The translations under genes were made by a program, and so were the position numbers. From Vicugna vicugna (Eukaryota), in the NCBI GenBank assembly GCA_013265495.1, contig MU058463.1:4486244-4550243 (forward strand): 64,000 nt of DNA, read 5' to 3'. Shown here in pieces: positions 1-13,377 of the stretch; position 1 is the stretch's first letter, and every line of letters starts with the position of its first letter. Below the pieces are notes generated by a model. It was given only the letters and a program-made list of their open reading frames with translations. It was not told the DNA's origin and did no database searches.

Positions 1-1162
1 TATAAGACTAGGGTGATATTGAATGAGTAAGAATTGTGTTTTAGAATATATATAGTTTAGCCACATGCTCCTATTTTTATGCCTTTTATTTGAAGCCATT
101 ATGAGCTCTTAAAACACATGAAAACACAGAATACTATGGAGATGGGAAGCTTAGGTTTTGTGAATGTGAAATAAAACATTCCTTGGTATGTCTTCTTTTA
201 AAGTGTCGTCCAGTGTTCATTCCTGGGGGAAGTATTTTGGCTTTGATGTTTCAATAGGTCTGGAAGTCATTTTGCAAGTGCCTGTTTCCTCATTCTTTTT
301 CTTGATTCTTGAGGGTATACCTCCTCCAAAGTCATAATGCTGATGGAAATTAAAAGACAACTTTGGGCCATGGGGAGGGAAAAGGCCTCTCCTACTCTTT
401 GATCCCTGTCTTTCATTCCCCAATCCTCCTCAATAGGGGAGCTAGCATCCTATTTCTGCCAGTTGAACTTATTATAAGGCAAAGAAGAACATTAGTAATA
501 AGATTTATAAGTTGTCCCAAGCTAGAGCCAGAAATTACAAAGGACATATTGGTCTCCAGGGTGAGGAATTCATTTTACTTTTAACTCAGGCAAGCCCCCT
601 GAGAACTATAATAGGGAGAAAAGACTCAATTCCCACATCACAAGATGTTCCTGTTTTTAGTCAAGAAATAGCACATGTTCCCTGTCCCTTCACCCACTGC
701 CTGTGTTCCCAAATTCCTGCACCATTGAAATTCCTGCTAGGATTTGGACCTCCAGTGTCAAATACAACCCCAAGCTGCGCTTAGCACCAGAAAGCAAATC
801 GGTAGGTTGTAGTGTTCCCACTCCATTTATTACCAAGTAGATAGACTTGGAAATTGTTAAGTATCAATGTCTGGCTTTGTCTCAGAGAAGCACTCTTTAC
901 TCCACTCCAGCAGCTGTGCCCCAAAATAAGCAATTGCCTCTTCCTTATAAAGAGTTTCCAAAATGCCTCACGTATGTGTCAGCATATATGGTACTCTCTT
1001 CAGATGTTCTCCATAAAAATATTAGAGCATAGAGTCTCTCAGTCTTATTTCTATTTTACCACCCTTTGTGTTGTACCATTACAAATTTCAGTGTAAAAAA
1101 TGAGTCTTCTCATTGACTCAGAGGGTAGCATTATGCACACAAATAACTTTGAGAATCCAGGC

Positions 1163-1659
1163 TGTGATGGTTAATTTTATATGTCAACTTGACTGGGCTA
1201 AGGCATAAGCCCAGCTAGTTGGTAAAACATTATTTCTGGATATGTCTGTGAGGGCGATTCAGGAAGAGATTAGCATTTGAATCGGTAGACTGAGTAGAGA
1301 AAATGGTCCTCCCTAATGCAGATGGGCACCCTCCAAGCCACTGAGTGTCTGAGTAGAACAGAAAGGCAGAGGAAGGGAGAATTTGCTCTGCTTTAGCTGG
1401 AATGTCCATGTTCTTCTGCCCTTAGACATTAGTGCTTCTAGTTCTCAGGTCTGTAGACTCATACTAGGACTTATACCATTGGCTCCACTGCGTTCTCAGG
1501 CCTTCAGGTTTGGACTAGAACTATACTACTGGATTTCCTGGGCCTCTAGCTTGCAGATGGCAGGATGATCTTGTGACTTCTCAGTCTTAATTGCATGACT
1601 CAAGCACTCATGTTGAATAGATATATATATATATATCTCCTATTAGTTCAACTAATAGA
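1163..1659 (+). mobile_element. MLT2-family (ERV-L) solo LTR
   Basis: Starts TGTGATGGTTAATTTTATATGTCAACTTGACTGGGCTAAGG; has GAAGAGATTAGCATTTGAATCGGTAGACTGAGTA, an (AT)n tract and a CTCCTATTAGTTC...ACTAATA end, as in MLT2 LTRs. Confidence 0.85.
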
Positions 1660-1719
1660 TTTGCTAAATATCATAATGCAAGTTCATACTAGTCATGTGA
1701 CTAAAGACCTGAATAAGCA

Positions 1720-1870
1720 TATGTAGGTCAGGGGTTAAGAGAGAGCTCTGGAGTCAGGCTTTGTTGTTCACAGTACCTGTGCATATTGAGGAAATTATTT
1801 AACAGCTCATTGTTTCAAATTTCTCAGCTGTAAACTAAGAGTATGAATAATATTTACATAATAAGATTAG
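1720..1870 (+). mobile_element. MIR SINE fragment
   Basis: GGTTAAGAG..GCTCTGGAGTCAG and TTTCTCAGCTGTAAA resemble the MIR core; degenerate. Confidence 0.55.
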
Positions 1871-1877
1871 TTGCACC

Positions 1878-2417
1878 TGTAGGTGAGCAAAGCTTGCCAT
1901 CTAAAATGTCTCCTTGGCATGTGGATTATTTGGAATTGAGAACAATCAAAACCCAAGAAGAATTTTGCCCTGTCCCATAACTGCCTAAAAGGATTTATAT
2001 AGAGGATCTGTTCCTGGAATAGAGCTTTGCAGAGATATCTGCAGAGAGTCTGCGTTAAGTATAGTGGGGAAACTGGAGACCAGGGTCCAATCTGTGTTTC
2101 GTTTTCTTTGCATGGCCCAGCAAACATTTATTTGCCAAACATGTACTTTTCCATCTTCATGGGAATTACCTCCCTCCTCCTTGAAGTCCCAAACCATAAC
2201 CTCCAACATCCTTTTTTGTCTTTAGTTGAAGATGGTATTTAAGGCGAGAGTTTTGACCATTTTGGCAAGCTACTCAGTTTTCCTGGGTCTCTCCCATGCA
2301 TACATGTTTTTATACTTTTGCTTGATTTTCTCCTGTTAATCTGTCTCATGTCAACTTAATTTGCAGACCAGCCAGGCGAACATAGAAAGGTAAAGGACAA
2401 TTTATTCCTCTCCAACA
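1878..2417 (+). mobile_element. ERV1 solo LTR, MER34-like
   Basis: TG...CA termini flanked by 4-bp TSD CACC (1874-1877, 2418-2421); 3' part TTTTCTCCTGTTAATCTGTCT...CAGCCAGG..AGAAAGGTAAAGGACAATTTATTCCTCTCCAACA resembles MER34-group LTRs. Confidence 0.8.
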
Positions 2418-3029
2418 CACCATATGAGACATGAAAGGCAAGGGTTTTAGAAGAGTCTTTGTTATGTGTCATCTATTATTTAAACATTTCCCATCTTCCC
2501 ACTTGCTGTTATTTCTCCTTCCCCTTTCCTCTTCTTTGACCACATGTGCTGGGTCTTCATACTCCTGACTTGACAGGTCCCATATAAGCATGATGACAAT
2601 GCCCTGTTCTCTGGACCCACACTTCCTCTTACTTGCAACTGAAAATCTTGTGCAGTGGGCTCTCTACTTAAGATATAACAAAATAATTTATCCTAAGATG
2701 TTAGTGACTGAAAATATCTATGCATATTCTTTCTTCCCTATTTTTGTATTCTAACAGGGCACAAGATCTAAATTCAAAGTATGAATTCCTAATGGGTAAG
2801 CTTTAAGATGGGATATATTTCCATTGGTGTTTAGTGCTAGAATAGTGAGGACACCCTGCAAGTCATAGAGGGAAAGCAGTGATCAACTCTAGTTGTTTAA
2901 ATTCTAATAATCAGCTTCCTTGCTCATTTATGATGTGTCACTATCACATCCTCATCATTCTCATTGTCATAATTTGAATAAAAATTGTTATTTGAGTACT
3001 ACCCTTAGTATTTTACAAAATTATTTGAA

Positions 3030-3185
3030 TCCGAAAAATCTCTGCAAGGTAGGTATTACTATTCCCTTTCTACATATAACAGAACCAATGTTTAGAGAAA
3101 TTTACTTGGCAAAGGCACACAAGTGGTAAATGTTTGCAATTTGAGCTCACATTGTGCTCCAAATCCATCTGGCTCTGAAGGTAGT
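3030..3185 (-). mobile_element. MIR SINE fragment
   Basis: AAGGTAGGTATTACTATTCCCTTT...AGAGAAATTTACTTGGCAAAGGCACAC..AAGTGG, reverse MIR core pattern. Confidence 0.55.
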
Positions 3186-5575
3186 GCCTTAATACCTGTC
3201 GAAATAGAATGGACAGACACCTGGTTTATGTCATTCATTCTCTTGTGGACAGCCACAGGACAGCCAGGCTCAGTGTCTCCCTCTTCCTGTGATCACCCTT
3301 AATTCCTAGCACAGTGCCTTGTTCAGAAGGTCCCACTATGTGTTTGTGGGAACAATAAATAGATGTGTGAATGCAGTCATCAAACCTAAACATTTCTCAA
3401 GGAGTGAGATGTGACCAATGACTCTGTTGGCTGGGTTTGTTAGTTTTTATGTAATGAATGGCTTAAGAAGTATTAGGAAAGTAAACTACAGCATCCACTA
3501 TTCACAGACCATCTTAGCAAATGTTAGTAAATCAGAAGAACAGATATTTGAAAGGCATTCATTTTTGCCTTATGCAAACAACTGCCTAGGATCACAAACA
3601 ATATGTGACAATTGTACGATTGATTTGACCAATAAGGAGAATAGTTTCTAGATCCATCTCAGTATTTAAATGAGCTCACGTAGACAGTCCCCCTTGTCCA
3701 AATTTACTGCACTCTCAGATCCTCTACTTTCTTTGTGCTTTACCTGTCCAACCACAGATGGTGTATTCTGTGGTTTTCAGTTGTATTGTATTCTGAGTGT
3801 GGTCTTACTGGCATCAATTTCAGCATGGCAGGTGGAAACGTAGTTTTCATTGCGCAGTAAGGCTGTTGCTAGTTGCATACTGAAACCCTATAACTGCTTG
3901 CTGTGCTGAAAATGTGTCTCATAGTGTCCTCTTTTATTGCCCAATGAACCAAATTTCTGAGCAATATTGAAAATAATAGTAACCAGAAGCATAGATCCAG
4001 TGTCACTACAAGTTCCTGCTCTAAAGATTAGCTTTCTATTTTTAAACAGAGGTGGCATGTGGTGCATATGTAAGAGATTCCCTTTTGATGTTTTGGGCTT
4101 CCTATTTTTTAAAGAGCTAAAAAACAGTATATAATATTGAAAGTGTTCAAATACAATGTGAAGCTTGGACAATCCAAGAAGAGTGCTGCTGTGTCTCTGT
4201 TGAGTAATTTCTAACTTCAAAACAACAAAACACACAACCATGGACTAAAACTTAAGGGCAAAAATTTTATACTATGGCACAATTAACAAAAATAGAGCAT
4301 GTATGGGGTTCAAATCAATTGCAAAAGCAACACAGTAAGCTGATTTTTTAAAAAATCTATTTAGGATTCAAAAATACTTTGGTCATTCTCAATTAAGTTG
4401 CACAAGAAGCAATTGATAATGTGTGCAATTGCTTCAAGACATGCAGAAAAACCCAACCAAACTAAAAAAAAAATTGATTACATTGTTCAGAATTTGTATG
4501 GTATTTTGTTCTTTAGGTTGTTTTCTTTCAGAAATTTTGTTGTGTTCCCAGTGAAATGGTTCTAAAGCTTTTTTAGTAAGTAAGCCTAGTGTATTCATAA
4601 AACAGGTTAAAATTATGCCGAGAAAGACAATTAAAGTCAAATAAATCTATAATCATCTAGTAAATGTAGACACACTAAAACTGTATTTTCTTTTGCTGAG
4701 TTATTGGGAGAAAAATTGCCATAACTTATTTTTTATTCCAAATAGTAAAGAAAAAAAAAAGCTTACTCTACTAGTCTCTGCTTTTGTGCACTGCTGATTG
4801 TGCTGATACATGAATTATTTTCCATATATTGATTTTCTGTTGAAATGAGAATCTGCAAGGTGTTCTAAAATGGATGGGCAGGATCTTGACGTACTATAAA
4901 GTGGTGTGCTGGTACTGAATCAGGGAAACTTCAGTTTTCAGTCTGCGTGTGCCATTTTGAAAGAAGGGGGTTCACACTGCAGACTGGGTGTCGTTGGTGC
5001 CTGAGGCTTTTATGAGCACCCTGGATAGCGACTCTCAACCTGGACATTTCTGAGATGAGGCAACACTATGCAGGAACTATATGTATCTGTCACCAGTGTG
5101 ATGGCTCAGGCCATGAGGATGCTGAGTTTGGTCCATTTATAATTCAACATAGCCACAAGGTCACCACGATGCTGGGGGCATAATATTCATCAGCAAAATA
5201 TAACCCAGGACCTCTTGGGTCAAGACCTGGAAGAGAATCTTCAAAGAGGAGACAGCATCCAGTACCCTAACGTTCCTTTTATCTGAGTCCTTTCACTGTA
5301 ATTCCTAGGACCATTAGGGATGCACTCAGTTTCTTAAAAGGACTTTGATTTTCTCATAGAACAATAGAGAAAGACTAGAGCTTTCAATAAAAAGGCTTTT
5401 TAAGATACTAAGGATAAACAAAGGTACAACATACAGAAGTTATAGGCAGAAAATACAGCCACTATAAAATACTATTAGGATTTTCCTGCTATGGCTAACC
5501 TGACCTTCATTCCTAAAAGAACACCATTAGCTGGATTCTTCTTTTTTTCAGTTTCCCAATTGCATTTCATGTCTT

Positions 5576-8500
5576 TTACTTTTTTTTTATTGAGTTATAG
5601 TCATTTTATAATTTTATGTCAAACTCTAGTGTAGAGCACAATTTTTCAGTTATATATGAACATACATACATTCATTGTCACATTTTCTTTTGCTGTGAGC
5701 CACCACAAGATCCTGTATGTATTTCCCTGTGCTACACAGTACAATCTTGTTTATCTATTCTACATTTTGAAATCCCAGTTCCTTCACATCCCCCATCCTC
5801 CTGGCAACCACAAGTTTGTATTCTATGTCTATGAGTCTGTTTCTGTTTTGTATTTATGTGTTTTTTGTTTGTTTGTTTTTTGTTTTGTTTTGTTTTTTAG
5901 ATTCCACATATGAGCGATCTCATATGGTATTTTTCTTTCTCTTTCTGGCTTACTTCACTTAGAATGACATTCTCCAGGAACATCCATGTTGCTGCAAATG
6001 GCATTACGTTGTCAGTTTTTATAGCTGAATAGTATTCCATTATATAAATATACCACCTCTCCTTTATCCAGTCATCTGTTAATGGACATTTAGGCTCTTT
6101 CCATGTCTTGGCTGTTGTAAATAGTGCTGCTATGAACATTGGGGTGCAGGTGTCATCCTGGAGTAGATTTCCTTCTGGATATATGCCCAGGAGTGGGATG
6201 ACTGGGTCATATGGTAAGTCTATTCCTAATCTTTGAGGAATCTCCATACTGTTTTCCACAGTGGCTGCACCAAACTGCATTCTCACTAAAAGTGTAGGAG
6301 GGTTCCCTTTTCTCCACAGCCTCTCCAGTATTTGTCATTTGTGGACTTTTGAATGATGGCCATTCTGACTGGTGTGAGATGATATCTCATCGTAGTTTTG
6401 ATTTGCATTTCTCTGATAATTAGTGATATTGAGCATTTTTGTATTTTGTATTTCTTCCTTGGAGAATTGCTTGTTTAAGTCCTCTGCCCATTTTTGGATT
6501 GGGTTGTTTGTTTTTATCTTATTAAGTCGAATGAGCTGCTTATATATTCTGGAGATCAAGCCTTTGTTGGTTTCATTTGCAAAAATTTTCTCCCATTCCG
6601 TAGGTTGTCGTTTTGTTTTACTTATGATTTCCTTTGCTGTGCAGAAGCTTGTAATTTTCAGTAGGTCTCATTTGTTTATTCTTGCTTTTATTTCTGTTGC
6701 TTGGGTAGACTGCCCTAGGACAGCATTTTTGAGACGTATGTCAGATAATGTTTTGCCTATATTTTCTTCTAGGAAGTTTATTGTATCTTGTCTTATGTTT
6801 AAGTCTTTGATCCATTTTGAGTTTATTTTTGTGTATGGTGTAAGGGAGTGTTCTAGCTTCATTGCTTTACATGCTGGTGCCCAGTTTTCCCAACGCCATT
6901 TGCTGAAGAGACTGTCTTTATTCCATTGTATATTCTTGCCTCCTTTGTCGAAGATTAGTTGACTAAAAGTTTGTGGGTTCATTTCTGGGCTCTCTATTCT
7001 GTTCCATTGGTCCATATGTCTGTTTTTGTACCATGTACAATACCATGCTGTCTTGATTACTGTAGCTCTATAGTATTGTCTGAAGTCTGGAAGAGTTATT
7101 CTTCCTGCCTCTTTCTTTTTCTTCAGTAATGCTGTGGCAATTCTAGGTCTCTTGTGGTTCCATATAAATTTTATTATGATTTGTTCTAGTTCTGTGAAGT
7201 ATGTCCTGGGTAATTTGATAGGGATTGCATTAAATCTGTAGATTGCTTTGGGCAGTATGACCGTTTTAACAATGTTGATTCTTCCAATCCAGGAGCATGG
7301 AATATCTTTCCATTTTTTTAAGTCTTCTTTAATTTCCTTAATCAGTGTTTTATAGTTTTCTGTGTATAAGTTTTTCACCTCCTTGGTTAGATTTATTCCT
7401 AGGTTATTTTATTACTTTGGGTGCTATTTTAAAGGGGATTGTTTCTTCAGTTTCTTTTTCTGTTGACTCATCATTAGTGTAAAGAAATGCAGCTGATTTT
7501 TGAACATTAATCTTGTAACCTGCTACCTTGCTGAATTCTTTGATTATTTCTAGTAGTTTTTGTGTGGACCTTTTAGTGTTTTTCATATATAGTATCATGT
7601 CATCTGCATATAGTGACACTTTTACCTCTTCTTTTCCAATTTAGATCCCTTTTATTTCTCTCTTGCCTGATTGCTGTGGCTAGGACTTCCAAGACTATGT
7701 TGAATGGGAGTGTTGGTAGTGGACATCCTTGTCTTGTCCCAGATTTTAGTGGGAAGCTTTTGAGTTTTTCACCATTGAGTACTATGCTAGCTGTAGGTTT
7801 GTCATGTATATCTTTTATGATGTTGAGATATGTCCCCTCTATACCCATTTTGGTGAGAGTTTTTATCATAAGTGGGTGTTGAATTTTATCAAATGCTTTT
7901 TCTGCATCGATTGAGATTATCATGTGGTTTTTGTCCTTTCTCTTGTTGATGTGATGTATTACACTGATTGATTTGCATATGTTGAACCAGCCTTGTGTCC
8001 CTGGGATGAGCCCCACTTGATCATGATGCATAATCTTTTATATGTGCTGTTGGATTCTATTTGCTATATTTTGGTAAGGATTTTTGCATCTATGTTCATC
8101 AGTGATCTTGGTCTGTAATTCTCTTTTTTGGTGGTGTCTTTGCCTGGTTTTGGTATCAGGGTGATGGTGGCTTCATAGAAAGAGTTTGGGAGTATTCCCT
8201 CCTTTTCAATCTTCTGGAAGAGTTTGAGAAGGACTGGTATGAGTTCTTCTTTGTATATTTGGTAGCATTCCCTGGTGAAGCCATCCAGTCCTGGACTTTT
8301 ATTTGTAGGGAGGTTTTTTATTGCTAATTCAATTTCATTTCTAGTGATCGATTTGTTCAAGTGGTCAGTTTCTTCTTGATTCAGTCTTGGTGGACAGTAT
8401 GTTTCCAGAAACTTGTCCATCTCCTCTAGGTTATCCAGTTTGGTTCCATATAGTTTTTCATAACATTCTTATATGATATTCTGTATTTCTATGTTATTTG

Positions 8501-9124
8501 TTGTAATTTCTCCATTTTCCTTTCTTGTTTTGCATATTTGTGCTCTCTCTTTTTTCTTCTCTGTGAGTTTGGCCAGATGTTTGCCAATTTTATTTACTCT
8601 TTCAAAAAACCAACATTTGGTTTGATTGATTTTTTTCTATTGTTTTTTAAATCTCTATTTTATTTATTTCTTCCCTGACCTTTATTATTTCCTTCCTTCT
8701 GCTGACTTTTGGGTGTTTTTGCTCTTCTTTTTCTAGTTCTTTTAGCTGGTGGGTTAGATTGTTTATTTGAGATTGTTCTTTTTTGAGGAACGCCTTTATC
8801 ACTATAAACTTCCCTCTTAGCACTGCCTTTGTTGCATCCCGTAAGTTTTGTGTGGTTGTGTTTTCATTTTCATTTGTCTCAAGGTATTTTTTAATTTCAG
8901 CTTTGATTTCCTCATTGACCCACTGGTTTTTTAATAGCATGTTGTTTAATCTCCATGCTTTCCTTTTTTTCTCCTTTGTTTCTCTGTAGTTGATTTCTAG
9001 TTTCATGGCATTGTGGTCAGTAAAGATGCTTGAGATAATTTCTATCTTTTTAAAATTGTTGAGGCTTCTTTTGTGCCCAAGTACATGATCAATCCTAGAA
9101 AATGTTCCATTTGCACTTGAAAAG
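5576..9124 (-). mobile_element. 5'-truncated LINE-1 (lineage-specific), ORF2 disrupted by frameshifts and stops
   Basis: Minus-strand ORF pieces 8647-9006, 8064-8420, 7600-8031, 7404-7619, 6668-7378 and 5897-6286 translate to L1 ORF2 (EN C-terminus, RT with GTRQGCPL and YADD, C-terminal domain); 3'UTR and poly(A) near 5576-5590; 20-bp TSD, 18/20 identical (5556-5575 / 9125-9144). Confidence 0.97.
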
Positions 9125-10189
9125 CCAGTTGCATTTCATCTCTTGCTTCAGAAAAATGCCTTTTATCCACTTGATCACTTTGCTTCAAGCTCAATAAAAT
9201 GTGTTTTAACTCTCATCCTTTCCTGAGGCCTTCCAATTCTTTCTGGTTTTTAATCTGAGGGATAAGACTCTACCTGAAGAGAATGCCACAATGGGATGCA
9301 TTTCAAGGTGAAAATTGGCACTAGGTATAGGAAGTGGCTTGGTCTACAGAGCCACAAAATGTGCTATTCCCTTAAGCCAGCATCAGAACATTATGCATGT
9401 TACTTTGCTTTTGGTCACAAGTAACTGAAACTTGACTTAACTGGCTTAAATGTTGAGGAAATACACAGGGTCACTAACCAGAAGCAAGGAAGACCTTAGG
9501 TTTGTTTGAGCTAGCAGGTCAGAGTGTTGTAAAGGATCCAGATTCATTCCATTTCATCTGCCACCCTCAGTGTAGACGTCATGTTAAAGCTAGATCCCTG
9601 ACAATCACAGAGGTACTGCCAATGGCAAATAAAGCTACTTGCTTTTGCCACCACTTTGGCAGAAAAAAGAGAAAGAATTCCTCCTGTCACTCTCTCTGGA
9701 AATTGGCCCCTGATGACTCATTGACCTGATCTGAGTTAATGTCTGTTCCTGAACTGATGCTTATTTCCTGGGAAATGCCATTATTTGTTGGCAGAGGCCT
9801 GGCTTCTTGATGCTTGTAAGACTGAAGAAGTTTCCTTTACTGGCATAGACGACTTACCCACACTGGAGTAGGGTCTGTCCCTGATGCTGCCCAGCTGATG
9901 TGCAGTGAGGAGTGGTAAAATCAACATGGGACAGTCAGTCACATGTGTATCTGCCCATAAAAATTAATTATCAGCAAAAGCTGATCAAAAAGCCACTCCA
10001 TTATGCTCTATCTTTTCAAATGATAACACTCTTGACTTCTTCATCAAGGGGTTGCGAAAGCATATTAATGACTAAGATGGTGTGGAAATCTCTTTGATCT
10101 AATAGTTACCTTGAAACTCCTGGATGCTCAAGGATATTTGGAGGAGAATAGGAATCCTATCTTTTCTCTCATTAGTATTCCATACATAC

Positions 10190-10208
10190 GTACCTGGAGA
10201 GGGCGCTC
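10190..10208 (+). promoter_or_regulatory. candidate CTCF-binding motif
   Basis: GTACCTGGAGAGGGCGCTC matches the CTCF core CCASYAGRKGGCRS with 2 mismatches; motif match only. Confidence 0.4.
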
Positions 10209-11907
10209 TTGAGCCGCATATGTTCAGTTCCAGCTAGCATGTGGGCTTTCTGTTGCACCACAACCACTTTACCAGGTGTCAGGCTGCCCATACCCACACA
10301 GTCATGAGTTCTGTGGGACAAGGGGATTTTATATATAATGGAGGTTAGAGAGACCAAGCAGGGCCTTGGGGCTCTGATGGATGTTGTTCATGCTGGCTGG
10401 TCAATAGCCATTAATCAATTCTAACTGCTGTCAAACAAATGTTACCTCTGAATTCCAGTGTCGGGGAGTAGCTGGTATAGCTTTTTGGTTCAGGTGCCAT
10501 TCATGTGAGTGGAAACTGGGTGGCTTATAGGCTCCGTTTCTGCATCCATGGTGCTTCTGGGTGTTTTCAATGGCCTGGACTTCTGGATTGAGGCTGGGCC
10601 ATCTCTGCATCCTGACTTGGCTTCAGTCTGCTCAGGCTCTTCACGGTGGAACCTCTTGTCCCAAACTCCACCAATTTCAACGAGTTCTCTTTTTGCCTCC
10701 TCAACACAGCCCAAGGAATCGTGTTCCTTCAAATCTATTTCTTTTATTCCTTGAGTTGTTTCTTCCCTTCCTTAAAAGTTTTGTACCTCAAAAACCAGGG
10801 AGCGACTCCTATTTCAACTCTCTGTTTATATATGCATATTGATTGAACTACTTGTTTAACCCTCTTTCACAGAATCCAACCATTTTCTGTGCCTTTAATT
10901 TCAAGTTAGTCTCACTGTTTATTCTTCTTTGAAAATTACATGCCCTCAGAGCCCTGAGGAATGGACTGTTTTTTATAAGGTGAAATAGTAAATCAACGTG
11001 ATACTGTGGGTCATTTATTTTACAGTAGTGGCTCTGAGCCAGCTAGATAGTTGATGAGCTGACTCTTGGAGAATTTTTTTTTAACCTTCTGGAAGTAAAT
11101 ATCTTATACAAATTTGCATTGAATATTACAGCATTTTTAGAAATAAAAAATATTATATGCCTAATTTAAAAGGATAGCCTAATATGATCAGTCTATTTTT
11201 TTATATCATTATCCTTATTTCTAAGACATTACTGATGAATTTTTAATTCATAGTGCAATATTTTATACATGCAATAATAATGAAGACTTTTTTAGAGATT
11301 GCTGAGTGTTTTCTTGCTTTTTGTCTCAATTGTCTTTAACCTGTGATGGCAGATATAATTCCTATTTCTATTTTACAGAGAGTTTAAGCAACAAGCTCAG
11401 GGTCATGCATGCAAAGTGGTAGAGCCACTGTTTAGACAAATAACAATCTAACTCTGATACCCACACTCTTTCTTTTGGACCAAGCTACTTGTATTTACCA
11501 CTGGGAAAGCCCCTCTACTAAAATCTAAATGTTCCCTTGGCCTCCATGCCCTATTTTATTTTATTTTATTTTGCCTTGGAAAGACTCAATGGATGCTAAG
11601 AAGACATTTAGATGCATTTGAATAAAATGAAAAATGACTTTGTATTCTCAATGACTGGGAAGATTGCCACAAGGGATTTTGTTATTTTCAAAAGGACACC
11701 CACTGCTACACAATATATAGCTTGTTGACTCAGGGAGGGAGCAAACTCATTTTTGTTCAAGGACACTATTTCCTTAAAAGTATAGGCTAATTAGTTTCTT
11801 AGCCACTTCATCTGAAAGGCAACTCAATGCCAATTACTTAATTGACATACTATAGACTTCATTTTTCCAGTCATATATTTTATGAGAAGAAAAGGGAAGG
11901 TTTAAGT

Positions 11908-12496
11908 TGAGTAAGGGAAAAGTAGCCCTTAATAGCTGGGAACTGGCCTGTCATTATCAGTTAGGTGTTGGTGTTGCTAGGAGCGGGCCTAGAGAAACTC
12001 ACAGCAAGGCCTTGTTTTTGTCCCTTTCACCGAGTACCAGCATTGGACAAGGTCACTCTGTGAATGTGAGATGAAGGGAGGCACAAAATGAGACCACTCT
12101 GTAATCTTGTCCACACACAAACAAAACAAGGCTCTGTGAAAACCACAAAATACCAAATATTCCCCAATCCTGCCTAATAAGAGTGATTGCTGCTTCTTTC
12201 CTAATTACAGCTTTGACCTCACTCTACACTCCCCTTCGTCTCTATAGGATATGGTTCTAGAATCACTCCTGTTTCCTGAAAGCATCCAATCCAGAGCAAA
12301 GCTTCACTTCGAAACTTCCCCAAAGTCACCTAACCCAAGCCTGATACCTGTAATGAGTTCCTTAAGACATCCTCTTACTAAGACGTCCCTCAGTTCTCCA
12401 TTGTCTGTGTCTCCCTTATTGCAATGAGCAACAAGTCTAACTTGTTTGAATACAGAGGTGTTCCTCCTGGTTGATTTTGGCTGGATGCCATTGACA
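11908..12496 (+). mobile_element. ERV1 solo LTR, MER67/MER90-like
   Basis: TG...CA termini with 4-bp TSD AAGT (11904-11907, 12497-12500); 3' end TGCAATGAGCAACAAGTCTAACTTGTTTG...TTTGGCTGGATGCCATTGACA; subfamily uncertain. Confidence 0.7.
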
Positions 12497-12799
12497 AAGT
12501 TTAGTTATTCATCCAGAGGAAATATTCAAGTACAGTGTATTCCATTAACCTCTTTTACTTACACACTTTATTACCTCAGAGAAATCTTCTGGGAGTAATA
12601 GAAGGTTGTTTGTGGTGGTTGTGGATAGCAGTAGTTTATGGATTATCAATATGCTCTCCATAGAGACCACTCCCACCCAATTATTGACAGTTATTTAGAA
12701 CTTTCACCTTAATACAAGATCAATAGTTAAGATGCTGGATAGTTCTTATATCAGTTTGCAGAGGGTTAACTGTCAATATGCCTTGGAGCTATTTTTAGT

Positions 12800-12975
12800 G
12801 TCCAGAGTCTAAATCCAACACCTGTTGTTATTAGCTTGGTCACTTTGGAAAAATTGTTTACCTATTTGTGAAATGGGGATGATGACAGTATCTAATTCAT
12901 AGAGATGTTGTGAGGATTGAGTGGGATAATATGTCATGTACTAAGCATTCAATATATTTTAGCAATTATAATGAT
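12800..12975 (+). mobile_element. MIR SINE fragment
   Basis: TTTGTGAAATGGGGATGATGACAGTATCTAATTCATAGAGATGTTGTGAGGATTGAGTGGGATAAT, the MIR core. Confidence 0.75.
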
Positions 12976-13002
12976 TTTTACTATTGTCATGACCTAGGAG
13001 AG

Positions 13003-13377
13003 GTACATTTGTCTGCTCGAGTTGACATAACAAAATACCATAGATTGGGTGGCTTAAACAACAGAAACTCATTTCTCAGTTCTGGAAACTGAGATTCTAA
13101 GATTAGGGTGCCAACATAGTCAAGTTCTGGTGAGAACCCTCCTCCTGCCTTCCTTCTTGCTGTGTCCTCACATTGTGGGGATGGGAAAGAGAGAATATGA
13201 ATGAGCACAAACTCTCTTCCTCTTCTTATAAGGGCACTAATCCCATCATGGGGGTCCCACCCTCATGACCTCATCTAAATCTAATTATCTGCCAAAGGCC
13301 CCACCTCCAAATGCCATCATAGTGGGGGTTAGGGCTCCAGCATATGAACTTTGGGGCAAATAATTCAGTACACAGCA
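13003..13377 (-). mobile_element. MLT1A-like MaLR solo LTR
   Basis: CATAACAAAATACCATAGATTGGGTGGCTTAAACAACAGAAA...TATAAGGGCACTAATCCCATCATG...CCCTCATGACCTCATCTAA...AAAGGCCCCACCTCCAAAT. Confidence 0.88.

Noticed and set aside
3888..4241. 117-aa minus-strand ORF
   Set aside because: No recognisable homology; length is compatible with chance in 64 kb
6423..6962. 179-aa plus-strand ORF (also 42097-42657 and 43216-43572)
   Set aside because: Antisense shadow frames of L1 ORF2; the hydrophobic composition reflects the T-rich strand
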